Virus record (IMG/VR): IMGVR_UViG_3300044655_002046
Reading direction: 5' to 3' (one strand)
Length of the DNA: 64,000 bases
Source of the DNA: a virus
This document shows, piece after piece, positions 26,594 through 35,209 of the stretch. Positions within the stretch are counted from its first letter, which is position 1, and each line of letters starts with the position of its first letter. A program made the position numbers and the translations under genes. The notes beneath the pieces are model-generated. The model was not told where the DNA came from. It saw only the letters and a program-made list of their open reading frames with translations, and did not search any database.

Positions 26594-26780
26594 TTGTAAT
26601 GATTGGGCTCCGCGTAATCAGGTTCCAGATGACTGGGCCGCACCCATACCTATTACTAACCCGTTAATGTTGATAGTAACCCGTAATTATTTATACTACA
26701 GCTTTCATACTTATAGTGCCGGAGGAGTCGCTTGCGTTTATCATAATATAACCTATCTTAAATGGGCTTCGTATGAATGA
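26580..26780 (+). CDS. Array unit
   Basis: MKKINCNDWAPRN...WASYE. Confidence 0.6.
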   Translation: MKKINCNDWAPRNQVPDDWAAPIPITNPLMLIVTRNYLYYSFHTYSAGGVACVYHNITYLKWASYE

Positions 26781-26920
26781 AGTGTACCTGTACCTACTAC
26801 TGTTCCTCCAATAGCAGATGGTTATAGTTTATACTATAACTTTCATACTTATGGTGCCAGAGGAGTCGCTTGCGTTTACCGTAACCTATCATTATTTCTA
26901 TGTAACCTATCATTATTTTT

Positions 26921-27115
26921 ATGAAGATAATTAATCCTAACGGTTGGGCTCCTCGTGATATTAAATGGGTTTCGTATGCATGGAATGCACCTGTACCCAT
27001 TACTAACCCTCTGATAGCAGATAATAAGTTATTCTATAACTTCTATTTTTATGGTTCTAGAGGAGGGCCTGCTTGGTTTTACTATGGATTGTTATATTTC
27101 GATGAAGATGATTAA
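26921..27115 (+). CDS. Array unit
   Basis: MKIINPNGWAPRD...YFDEDD. Confidence 0.6.
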   Translation: MKIINPNGWAPRDIKWVSYAWNAPVPITNPLIADNKLFYNFYFYGSRGGPAWFYYGLLYFDEDD

Positions 27116-27320
27116 CGGTTGGTCTTCACGTAGTAAACTGAATACATATATCACTGACCCGTCGATTTTAGCAGACAGTGATAGTTTATACTACAGTTTC
27201 TATAACTATAACTTTCATACTTATAACGCTGGGGGGCCCGCCAGGTTTTACCATAGACTAGTGGGAGTAGCGTTGTATAGCATTCTAGATGAAGATAATT
27301 ATTTCGATGAGGATGATTGA
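27102..27320 (+). CDS. Array unit
   Basis: MKMINGWSSRS...YFDEDD. Confidence 0.6.
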   Translation: MKMINGWSSRSKLNTYITDPSILADSDSLYYSFYNYNFHTYNAGGPARFYHRLVGVALYSILDEDNYFDEDD

Positions 27321-27492
27321 TTGTAATAATTGGGCCCCGCATAATAAGTCAAATATACCTATACTTATTACTGATCTGCTTATTAATGCAAACGGCTTAT
27401 TCGTATTTTTCGCCTGGTTTTATTATAGATTGGGAGCATCAGTGATATATCACTTTCTGAATAAGGATGGTTATTTCCATGAAGATAATTAA
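27307..27492 (+). CDS. Array unit
   Basis: MRMIDCNNWAPHN...YFHEDN. Confidence 0.6.
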   Translation: MRMIDCNNWAPHNKSNIPILITDLLINANGLFVFFAWFYYRLGASVIYHFLNKDGYFHEDN

Positions 27493-27676
27493 TTCTAACG
27501 GTTGGGCTCCGCGTAATGTTAAATGGGCTTCGTATCATGAATGGAGCGGGCCTGTGCCTATTACTAGCCAGTCTATACTAAGTGATGGTAATTTATACCA
27601 TAGCTTCTATGTTTATAGGGAGGCAGGGGGGCTCGCTAAGTTTTACTATACATACCTATCACTAATCCGCCTCTAG
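27479..27676 (+). CDS. Array unit
   Basis: MKIINSNGWAPRN... Confidence 0.6.
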   Translation: MKIINSNGWAPRNVKWASYHEWSGPVPITSQSILSDGNLYHSFYVYREAGGLAKFYYTYLSLIRL

Positions 27677-27797
27677 TGAACGTTGATAATTTATACGATA
27701 GCTTTTATGTTTATGATGATGATGAAGAGGCTCGCTATATCTTATTATAGATTGGGAGCAGTGATATATCACTTTCTAAATAAGGATGGTTATTTCA

Positions 27798-28010
27798 ATG
27801 AAGATAATTAATTGTAATGGTTGGGCTCCTCGTAATAATCCGGTTCTGTATGAGTGGAGCGCACCCATACCTATTACTAACCCGTTGATAGCAAACGGTG
27901 ATAGTTTATACCCTAGCTTTTATGATTATAATGCTGGAGGAGTCGCTTGGGTTTACTATAACCTATTTGGGCCTACTATAACCTATCATTACTTCTATGC
28001 AGATAATTAA
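27798..28010 (+). CDS. Array unit
   Basis: MKIINCNGWAPRN...YFYADN. Confidence 0.6.
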   Translation: MKIINCNGWAPRNNPVLYEWSAPIPITNPLIANGDSLYPSFYDYNAGGVAWVYYNLFGPTITYHYFYADN

Positions 28011-28206
28011 TTGTAACGACTGGACCCCACGTCATAAGTTAAATCTACCTATGCCTGTTAGGATTTATCTTAGGATTTATTATTGCGATGGCGCGGGTGT
28101 CCCAATCTATCTACCTGAATTAAATATTGACCAGTTTTATTATAGGTTGGTAAGCGTGTTATATAACATTCTAGATGAGGACAGTTATTTCAATGAAGAA
28201 GATTAA
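27997..28206 (+). CDS. Array unit
   Basis: MQIINCNDWTPRH...YFNEED. Confidence 0.6.
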   Translation: MQIINCNDWTPRHKLNLPMPVRIYLRIYYCDGAGVPIYLPELNIDQFYYRLVSVLYNILDEDSYFNEED

Positions 28207-28354
28207 TTCTTACTATTGGGCCCCGCTTAATATAAGACTTAAGACTGAGTGGACTCCATACACACCTGATGTGGAGCTTGATATGTTTTATTATGTACTG
28301 GCAAGAGTAGTATCCATTTTAGATGAAGACAATTGCTTCTATGAAGATGATTAA
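28193..28354 (+). CDS. Array unit (53 aa, not in track)
   Basis: MKKINSYYWAPLN...CFYEDD. Confidence 0.55.
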   Translation: MKKINSYYWAPLNIRLKTEWTPYTPDVELDMFYYVLARVVSILDEDNCFYEDD

Positions 28355-28502
28355 TTATGAGTGGGACGCACCCATACCTATTACTAACCCGTTGATAGTA
28401 AACCGTAATTATTTATACTATAACTTTCATACTTATAGTGCCGGAGTAGTCGCTTGGGTTTACTATAACTTATCATGGATCATTACCACTACGAAAGTAT
28501 GA
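28341..28502 (+). CDS. Array unit (53 aa, not in track)
   Basis: MKMINYEWDAPIPITNP... Confidence 0.55.
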   Translation: MKMINYEWDAPIPITNPLIVNRNYLYYNFHTYSAGVVAWVYYNLSWIITTTKV

Positions 28503-28601
28503 GTGTGGGTCTCTGGGTTTATCTACCTGAATTAGATAAGTTTTATGCTTCTATCAAGTTGTTTTATTATAGACTGACACTGTTCGCTAAGGACAATTTC
28601 T

Positions 28602-28784
28602 ATGAAGATAGTTGATAGTGACAAATGGGCCCCACGTGATAAGTTGAATCTACCTATGTCTATTAGAGTTTATTATTACGATAACACAGGTCTTGTAAAT
28701 ATCGACCGGTTTTATTATAGACTGGTAAGCGTGTTTTATTATAACATTCTAAATGAAAACGGTTATTTCGATGAAGATGATTAA
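28602..28784 (+). CDS. Array unit
   Basis: MKIVDSDKWAPRD...YFDEDD. Confidence 0.6.
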   Translation: MKIVDSDKWAPRDKLNLPMSIRVYYYDNTGLVNIDRFYYRLVSVFYYNILNENGYFDEDD

Positions 28785-28953
28785 TTGTAACAATTGGGCC
28801 CCGCATAATAGATTAAATATACCTATTACTGACCCGTCTGTTGACCTGCAGGTGTATTTTGCTTATAGTCCTGGAAGACTCTCCTGGTTTTATTATAGAC
28901 TGGGAGAATTTGGGACATATGGCTTTCTGAATGGGGGGCAGTTACTTCAATGA
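28771..28953 (+). CDS. Array unit
   Basis: MKMINCNNWAPHN...GGQLLQ. Confidence 0.6.
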   Translation: MKMINCNNWAPHNRLNIPITDPSVDLQVYFAYSPGRLSWFYYRLGEFGTYGFLNGGQLLQ

Positions 28954-29122
28954 GAATAATTAGTTGTAACAAGCTTAATTACTTTTTTATTATTGTGAGC
29001 GCGTGGGTCTCGATACCTATACTCCTGAATTAAGGTTTTATGCTGTCGACCGATGTTACTATAGACTGGTAGCTGTGATATACGACATAGTAGATAAGCG
29101 TACATTTTATGAAGATGATTAA
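28950..29122 (+). pseudogene. Array unit frameshifted in a T6 run
   Basis: One base shorter than paralog 25767 at TAC-TTTTTT-ATTATT; restoring it gives ...CYYRLVAVIYDIVDKRTFYEDD. Confidence 0.6.
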
Positions 29123-29282
29123 TTGTAACGTTTTCAAACTTGCTTTGTTTTACGACTGGACTATCAAGAATAAGCTAAAGGCCCATACACTTATTACCTC
29201 TGTCGACAGGTTTTACTATAGACTAGTGGCTTTTATATATAACGCTCTATATGAGGATGATTATTTTGATGAAGAAGATTAA
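29109..29282 (+). CDS. Array unit (57 aa, not in track)
   Basis: MKMINCNVFKL...YFDEED. Confidence 0.55.
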   Translation: MKMINCNVFKLALFYDWTIKNKLKAHTLITSVDRFYYRLVAFIYNALYEDDYFDEED

Positions 29283-29454
29283 ATCTCACAATTGGGCTCC
29301 TCGTTATGCGTGGACTCCATACATACCTACCACTAATCCGCCTCTAGTGAGCATTGATAATTTATACGATAGCTTTTATGTTTATAATGATGCTGGGGGG
29401 CTTGCTATGTTTTATTATATACTGGCATCACTTTCTGATAACAGATGGTTATAG
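29269..29454 (+). CDS. Array unit
   Basis: MKKIKSHNWAPRY... Confidence 0.6.
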   Translation: MKKIKSHNWAPRYAWTPYIPTTNPPLVSIDNLYDSFYVYNDAGGLAMFYYILASLSDNRWL

Positions 29455-29592
29455 TATAAACTATAACTTTCATGCTTATAATAATCAAGGGCTTGCTTGG
29501 TTTTACTGTAACCTATCATTAAGGGCTCGCTATATTTTATTATAGATTGGGAGCAGTGATATATCACTTTCTGAATAAGGATGGTTATTTCA

Positions 29593-29796
29593 ATGAAAAA
29601 GATTAATTGTAACAATTGGGCCCCTCGTAATGTTGATTGGGCTTCGCATTATGAATGGAGCGGGCCTGTGCCTATTACTAGCCCGCTTATACTAAGTGAT
29701 GATATTTTATACTATAGCTTCTATGCTTATAATACTGGGGGGCCCGCTAAGTTTTACTATTTACTGATCCGCCCGTTAACCTACACGGATTATTAA
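29593..29796 (+). CDS. Array unit
   Basis: MKKINCNNWAPRN...; near copy of 27479. Confidence 0.6.
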   Translation: MKKINCNNWAPRNVDWASHYEWSGPVPITSPLILSDDILYYSFYAYNTGGPAKFYYLLIRPLTYTDY

Positions 29797-29901
29797 GCAA
29801 ATTGTATTTTGCTTATAGTCTTGGGAGACTTGCTTGGTTTTATTATAAATTAGGAGAACTTGTAATATATAGCTTTCTTAATGAAGAGGACGATTACTTC
29901 A

Positions 29902-30129
29902 ATGAGACTAATTAACTGTGACGAGCACATTGACGAGCACATTCAGATAAGTGACTTATTAGTTAAGCTCGATTATTATATTGCCTTGTTTTATTATGAG
30001 AACATGGGCCTCGATACCTATACTTTTGAATTAAGTAAGTTCTCTGGCTCTATCAACTTGTTTTATCATAGATTAGAACATTTACATAACACTCTAGATG
30101 AGAACAATTATTTCTATGAAGTTGATTAA
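29902..30129 (+). CDS. Array unit
   Basis: MRLINCDEH...YFYEVD. Confidence 0.6.
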   Translation: MRLINCDEHIDEHIQISDLLVKLDYYIALFYYENMGLDTYTFELSKFSGSINLFYHRLEHLHNTLDENNYFYEVD

Positions 30130-30289
30130 TTGTGACGCCCTGTTTTATTGTATGAGGGTATGTGTTTTTACAACTCCTGTACCTGAATTAGTCAGGTTCC
30201 ATGGTTCTATCAACCTATTTTATCATAGATTAGGAGATGTGTTATGTAGCATTCTAGATAAGGACGGTTATTTTGATGAAGATGATTAA
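30116..30289 (+). CDS. Array unit
   Basis: MKLINCDALF...YFDEDD. Confidence 0.6.
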   Translation: MKLINCDALFYCMRVCVFTTPVPELVRFHGSINLFYHRLGDVLCSILDKDGYFDEDD

Positions 30290-30554
30290 TTGTAACAATT
30301 GGGCTAATAACGATTGGACTCTACGTAATAAGTCGAATATACCTATACTTATTACTAACCCGCCGATTTTACTAAATGGTGATAATCTATACTATCTATG
30401 GGTCTATCGTTACTATCATAAAAGCATGGGTCTCGGGGCTTATATCCCTGAATTGGACAAGTTATATGATTCTATCGACTTGTTTTATTATAAACTATCA
30501 AATTTGTTATATGACTTTCTAGGGGAGGGGGATTATTTTTATGAAGAGGATTGA
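30276..30554 (+). CDS. Array unit (chimeric, long)
   Basis: MKMINCNNWAN...PILITNP...MGLGAYIPEL...YFYEED. Confidence 0.6.
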   Translation: MKMINCNNWANNDWTLRNKSNIPILITNPPILLNGDNLYYLWVYRYYHKSMGLGAYIPELDKLYDSIDLFYYKLSNLLYDFLGEGDYFYEED

Positions 30555-30732
30555 TGACTGGGCTCCGCGTATGCCTATATCTATTACTGATCTGCCCGTT
30601 GACCTAGACAGATCATTAACCAAATTGTATTTTGCTTATAGTCCTAGAAACCTTGTTTATTATAGATTAGTAGTTCTTGTAATATATAGCTTTCTTAATA
30701 GAGAGAACGATTACTTCAATGAGAGTGATTAA
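30541..30732 (+). CDS. Array unit
   Basis: MKRIDDWAPRM...YFNESD. Confidence 0.6.
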   Translation: MKRIDDWAPRMPISITDLPVDLDRSLTKLYFAYSPRNLVYYRLVVLVIYSFLNRENDYFNESD

Positions 30733-30892
30733 CTGTGACGCCCTGTTTTATTGTATAAGGGTATGTGTCTTTACAACTCATGTACCTGAATTAGTCAGGT
30801 TCCATGGTTCTATCAACCTGTTTTATCATAGATTAGGAGATGAGTTATATAACATTCTAGATGAGAACAGTTATTTCGATGAAGATGCTTAA
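30719..30892 (+). CDS. Array unit (57 aa, not in track)
   Basis: MRVINCDALF...YFDEDA; near copy of 30116. Confidence 0.55.
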   Translation: MRVINCDALFYCIRVCVFTTHVPELVRFHGSINLFYHRLGDELYNILDENSYFDEDA

Positions 30893-31058
30893 TTGGGACG
30901 CCCCGTTTTATTATCATGAGGGTATGTGGCTTATAACTTATATACCTGAATTAGACAGGTACCATGGTTCTATTTCTATCAACCCGTTTTATTATAGATT
31001 AGGAGATGAGTTATATAACATTTTATATGAAGACGGTTATTTCGATGAAGATGATTAA
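30879..31058 (+). CDS. Array unit
   Basis: MKMLNWDAPF...YFDEDD. Confidence 0.6.
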   Translation: MKMLNWDAPFYYHEGMWLITYIPELDRYHGSISINPFYYRLGDELYNILYEDGYFDEDD

Positions 31059-31245
31059 ACGTAACAATTGGGCTCAGCGTAATAGATTAAATATATCTAT
31101 ACCTATTACTGATTCGCCCATTGACCTACACGAATTAATAGCTTATAGTCCTGGGAAACTTTCTTGGTTTTATTATAGATTAGGAGAACTTGTAATATAT
31201 AGCTTTCTTAATAGAGAGGACGATTACTTTAATGAGAGCGATTAG
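31045..31245 (+). CDS. Array unit
   Basis: MKMIKRNNWAQRN...YFNESD. Confidence 0.6.
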   Translation: MKMIKRNNWAQRNRLNISIPITDSPIDLHELIAYSPGKLSWFYYRLGELVIYSFLNREDDYFNESD

Positions 31246-31405
31246 TTGTAATAAGCTTAATTACTTATTTTATTATTATGAGGATGTGACCCTCGAGAGT
31301 CATATTCCTAAATTAAGCAAGTGCTCTATCAACCGGTTTTATTATAGACTGGTAGCTGTAATACACAACATACTATATAAGTATACATTCTATGAAGATG
31401 ATTGA
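31232..31405 (+). CDS. Array unit (57 aa, not in track)
   Basis: MRAISCNKLNY...FYEDD; paralog of 25767. Confidence 0.55.
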   Translation: MRAISCNKLNYLFYYYEDVTLESHIPKLSKCSINRFYYRLVAVIHNILYKYTFYEDD

Positions 31406-31550
31406 TAACGATCTCGGGCTTGCTTTGTTTTACAACTTGATTCTGTACAATTGGAATGTGTATAATAAGCTGAAGGGGGCCTCTATACCTGTTAACGCTG
31501 TCAACCTGTTTTATTATAGACTGGTAAATGTATTGGATAACACATTTTAG
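31392..31550 (+). CDS. Array unit (52 aa, not in track)
   Basis: MKMIDNDLGL...LFYYRLVNVLDNTF. Confidence 0.5.
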   Translation: MKMIDNDLGLALFYNLILYNWNVYNKLKGASIPVNAVNLFYYRLVNVLDNTF

Positions 31551-31596
31551 ATGAGAATGAATAAAGATGACATTATACATAAGGACGGTTATTCTG

Positions 31597-31791
31597 GTGA
31601 AGACTATTATATGTGACGAGTTAACTCTACACAATAAACTTAGAGCCTCTATGCTTATTGAGCCTTCCGTTAGGGCAACCGGCTTAGTGTCTAGGTTTTA
31701 TTTAATGAGCAGGTATTACATTGGTTCGTTTTACTCTAGATTATATAGCGCTCTAGATGAGAGTGATTACTTCAATGAAGAATATTTCTAA
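31597..31791 (+). CDS. Array unit (GTG start)
   Basis: VKTIICDELTLHNK...YFNEEYF. Confidence 0.5.
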   Translation: MKTIICDELTLHNKLRASMLIEPSVRATGLVSRFYLMSRYYIGSFYSRLYSALDESDYFNEEYF

Positions 31792-32038
31792 CGATTGTCT
31801 GTTATCTTGGACTTTGAATAATGATTATCTCAATGCTTTGCGCTTGTTTCATTATTATGAAGTGATGGGTTTCGAGATCTATACTCCTAAACTAAGCGAG
31901 TGTTGCGGCTCTATCTTCCGGTTTTACTGTAGATTGATAAATATGTTAGAAATCATCCTAGATGAAGATGATATTTTAGATGAGGGCGATTATTTCGATG
32001 ACTATTATGAGGATAGCTATTTCGATGAAGACTATTAA
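31775..32038 (+). CDS. Array unit
   Basis: MKNISND...YFDEDY. Confidence 0.55.
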   Translation: MKNISNDCLLSWTLNNDYLNALRLFHYYEVMGFEIYTPKLSECCGSIFRFYCRLINMLEIILDEDDILDEGDYFDDYYEDSYFDEDY

Positions 32039-32234
32039 TCATAACGATTGGTCTCTGCTCAATAAGCTTAAGACCTCTATGCTTATTGAGCCTTCCGTTG
32101 GTGAGCTACAGGTGTATTTGTATTTTTTTTATTTTGTTTGTAGTCCTGAGAGAGTCAACCGGTTTTATTATAGGCTGGTAAGCGTGTTATATAACATTCT
32201 AGATGAGGACGGTTATTTCAGTGAAGACTGTTAA
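32025..32234 (+). CDS. Array unit
   Basis: MKTINHNDWSL...YFSEDC. Confidence 0.55.
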   Translation: MKTINHNDWSLLNKLKTSMLIEPSVGELQVYLYFFYFVCSPERVNRFYYRLVSVLYNILDEDGYFSEDC

Positions 32235-32391
32235 TTGTGAGATTTGGCCTTTACACAATAAGCTGGAGGCCTCTATGTTTATACCTGAATCCCCCATTGA
32301 GACAGATGGCTTAATACGCAAGTTTTATAATTGTGATTCTTTTGAACTTGCCTTGTTTTATTACAGATTGGAAGTATGCAATTTATATTAG
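32221..32391 (+). CDS. Array unit (terminal, GTG start)
   Basis: VKTVNCEIWPLHNK...FYYRL. Confidence 0.5.
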   Translation: MKTVNCEIWPLHNKLEASMFIPESPIETDGLIRKFYNCDSFELALFYYRLEVCNLY

Positions 32392-32677
32392 AGGGCGATA
32401 TGTGGCGCGATAGACGAGATATAAATATATGGCCTGAACCGTGTCGAAGGTATCTCTTGAGAACGGTAATATGGATGACATGGGGTGGCCCTAGACGCCG
32501 GCGGTAATAGTATATTGAGGTGCCTGTTGAAAAAACTATCCGAGATATTCTTATGGAACGGGCCACGGGTAAGTGACATCACTTATCTCGAACATCTTGC
32601 CATTAACAGGCAATATGTATTAATGTTTAAGTTTAAGCTTAGTTATTATAGGGCATTCATACAATATACGGAGAGCG

Positions 32678-33871
32678 GTGACGAGAGAGAATGAACAACT
32701 GATAATGGAGCGGCTAACTATACCAGAGCTATTAAATCTACGGCACGGTACTAATGATTGCCCTGCTTGTGGAGGCCGCGGTAAGCTGAGTGTATATCCA
32801 CACTATATGAAGTGCTGGAGGACTAGTTGTGAGTTGAATACAGGGATGGGCCTGATTAATGCCTGGCGTTGGCATACTAAGCTTGATTATGCTGGCGCTA
32901 TGCGGCAGTTAGAGGCCCGCGCTGGTATACGTCAGGCCCGCGAGGTTATGGATGCTCGCAGTATGATATTAGAGAGCGCTCTAGAGGCCTATCATTATTA
33001 TCTTGATGCTACGCCTGCTGCTCAGGACTATATACTGCGGCGAGGCTGGTCTCTTGATCTAGCTCATAGTATTGGTATAGGGTATGCCCCTCCTGGTGGG
33101 TTACGTCAATTCGATATAGATCATGAGGCATTAGCCCGCGAGGGTCTCATTCAGGAGGACGGTGAGGATTACTATAGGGAACGCATTATATTCCCTATAC
33201 GAGATATACGAGGTCATCTAGTTCATATGGTTGGCCGCTATATAGGTAATAGTGAGAGGGCCCCCCGCTATAAGGATACACGGGCTGTTATTAATAGTAA
33301 GCGCTATGTCTATCTAGAACACTGTCTTAAGGAGTATGCTAGTCATCCATCTCGCGAGTTGTATATAGTTGAGGGCCCGCCTGATGCCACATCACTGGTA
33401 GGTCGTAGTTTACCTGTAGTGGGGCTATTGGGTCTGGAGTATCTATTATGTCACACCAGTAAGTTCAAGCCCTTCCGCCGTATCACGTTTATATTCGACT
33501 CAGATAAGTATAGCGATGACCACCCTACTCATGCCGGTGTATATAAGAGCTGGGTACGTATCATACCTCAGCTAGTTCAGCTGCAGGTTAACTTACCATT
33601 AGTTGAGTTCATGACGTATATGGTTGCTGATTATAAGGACATTAATGAGTGGTTGGTGGCAGAGCCTCGTGTTAATGCTGCTGATACTATTAATGCTAAC
33701 CGTATACCATTCATAGATGATTTACTAGCCCAATGGGGGCCCGACATTAATCATCACGTAGATATACTGCGGGTATTGACTGCCACTCATTCTTCTCTAG
33801 GGCTACTGTCCCCTTATGTAGATAATAAATTAGGGCCCCTTGAATATGCCTCTCTACTATTCGGATCGTGA
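32678..33871 (+). CDS. dnaG: DnaG-type DNA primase
   Basis: Zinc finger CPAC..C..C, YRERIIFPI..GR, TOPRIM YIVEGPPD and FDSD. Confidence 0.88.
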   Translation: MTRENEQLIMERLTIPELLNLRHGTNDCPACGGRGKLSVYPHYMKCWRTSCELNTGMGLINAWRWHTKLDYAGAMRQLEARAGIRQAREVMDARSMILESALEAYHYYLDATPAAQDYILRRGWSLDLAHSIGIGYAPPGGLRQFDIDHEALAREGLIQEDGEDYYRERIIFPIRDIRGHLVHMVGRYIGNSERAPRYKDTRAVINSKRYVYLEHCLKEYASHPSRELYIVEGPPDATSLVGRSLPVVGLLGLEYLLCHTSKFKPFRRITFIFDSDKYSDDHPTHAGVYKSWVRIIPQLVQLQVNLPLVEFMTYMVADYKDINEWLVAEPRVNAADTINANRIPFIDDLLAQWGPDINHHVDILRVLTATHSSLGLLSPYVDNKLGPLEYASLLFGS

Positions 33872-34368
33872 TGACTAATTATCATGTGAGCATACCTGCT
33901 CGCGATTGTATGATATACCCCTATTATGTGGGGCGTTACGCTGATGGCCGCTATAGCGCTGTTACTATAACACTACGGTCGGGCTGGGCTCAGGAGTGGC
34001 GTATGTATCGACGTGCCATAGAGTATCTATGTGAAGATAATGAGGGCCCGCCAATTATAACAGGCTACCTACCTGGTATGGAGCGGCCGCGTTCTGGTGC
34101 CGCCTGGCATTGTCTGGATACTACTGAGTATCTGCATGGCTATAACCTAAATATATATCACGAGCGCTACCCTACTCTAGGTATACTAGATCATAGGGGT
34201 ATAGCTACGCCTCAGCATATAGAGGCATTAGCTCAACTAGAGTTCTTACCCTACTTCTATCATCCTCTTATCGCAGCGCGGGCCTGTTATCTTATAGAGC
34301 CCCGCCCTGTCTGGTTAGAGGCTTTCCTATCATCTGATATTAACAGGAGATTATTCAATGTCTGCTAA
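33868..34368 (+). CDS. Hypothetical protein
   Basis: 166 aa, overlaps the primase stop. Confidence 0.65.
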   Translation: MMTNYHVSIPARDCMIYPYYVGRYADGRYSAVTITLRSGWAQEWRMYRRAIEYLCEDNEGPPIITGYLPGMERPRSGAAWHCLDTTEYLHGYNLNIYHERYPTLGILDHRGIATPQHIEALAQLEFLPYFYHPLIAARACYLIEPRPVWLEAFLSSDINRRLFNVC

Positions 34369-34699
34369 CCTATCTACGCTTATTAGTCTCAGTCTAGAGT
34401 ATCTGATGAAAGAGTACCCTGATAAGCCATTCCATGTGTATCTCTGTCAGATAGATGCATCTCTATGTGAGAGAGTAATCGAGGGTGAGCCGCCCCCCGC
34501 TTTATTTGAATTGCTTCCGCGTATCTTCATGGAGATCAACGACCTATTATCTCCTAACTTTATAGATAAGGATGTGCGCTTCTTTGACAATGTCAAGGTA
34601 GAAAGGGTGCTCGGAGCACACCCTAGCTCTGTAATTCAATTTTGTGAGGGCCGCCTTGCGTATTATCAAGAAAGAAACGTTCTATTAATTAAGGAATAA
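34358..34699 (+). CDS. Hypothetical protein
   Basis: 113 aa, GGAG RBS. Confidence 0.65.
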   Translation: MSANLSTLISLSLEYLMKEYPDKPFHVYLCQIDASLCERVIEGEPPPALFELLPRIFMEINDLLSPNFIDKDVRFFDNVKVERVLGAHPSSVIQFCEGRLAYYQERNVLLIKE

Positions 34700-34717
34700 C
34701 ACTAAAATTAGCTAAAT

Positions 34718-34963
34718 GTGATGAACAGCGACCATTTGCCCAATATCCACCCCGGTGAAATCCTCAAGTTAGATTTTCTGGAACCGCTCAATATTACCCC
34801 CTACAGACTGAGTAAAGATTTAGGCGTAGCTCAAACTCGTATCGGTGAGATTTTAGCGGGTAAGCGTAGTATCACTGCAGATACAGCTTTGCGTCTGTCA
34901 CGATATTTCGGTAACAGTCCTCAGTTTTGGCTAAATCTTCAAACAGGCTACAATCTCCGCTAA
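34718..34963 (+). CDS. higA: HigA-family antitoxin (HTH), orphan, apparently truncated
   Basis: IHPGEILK..FL..LAK.LGV..TRIGEIL.GKRSITADTALRLSRYFG.SPQFWLNLQ; plausible tail continues to 35029 after an in-frame TAA. Confidence 0.85.
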   Translation: MMNSDHLPNIHPGEILKLDFLEPLNITPYRLSKDLGVAQTRIGEILAGKRSITADTALRLSRYFGNSPQFWLNLQTGYNLR

Positions 34964-35209
34964 GCTCAGGCAAAGAATGCCGAGGTTTATAACCAAATTC
35001 CCGTCACTCTATTTGCAGATGTAGATTAGGGGACTAATTTTATCTGGGAGGGGGAACAGGATTAGTGGGGAGGGTGGGACTGAGAAAAGCGGCAGGAATG
35101 GGTGGATTTTCGGGTTTACGGACTTGGGGGACTGGTAACAGAAAAAAAAGTAGGGCCTAGTATGTATTAACTACGCGGAACCTAACGTATGTTGTAGAGT
35201 AGAGGATAA

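Larger units (their letters stand above)
25365..32391 (+). repeat. Tandem array of paralogous small Tyr-rich ORFs (33 intact by my count, plus about 6 broken units)
   Basis: Units of ~160-280 nt; recurrent junction TATTTCNATGAAGATGATTAATTGTAA; shared blocks WAPRN, PIPITNP, YxAGG, FYYRL, LDEDxYFDED. Confidence 0.95.

Noticed and set aside
25317-32234. Longer ORF-track starts such as MLRTVISMK, MVISMK and MRTIISMK
   Set aside because: These extensions are the +1 reading of the previous unit's DGYFDED tail; the junction ATG is the consistent start.
25365-32391. Array as a CRISPR array
   Set aside because: Units are 160-280 nt, coding and variable throughout; there is no fixed short repeat with unique spacers.
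25365-32391. Array as a diversity-generating retroelement target
   Set aside because: No reverse transcriptase in the window. Differences between close units (26185 vs 27798) involve all bases and indels rather than adenines only.
35030-35160. G-rich intergenic tract as a G-quadruplex or functional element
   Set aside because: G-runs are irregular; most simply a flank imported with higA.
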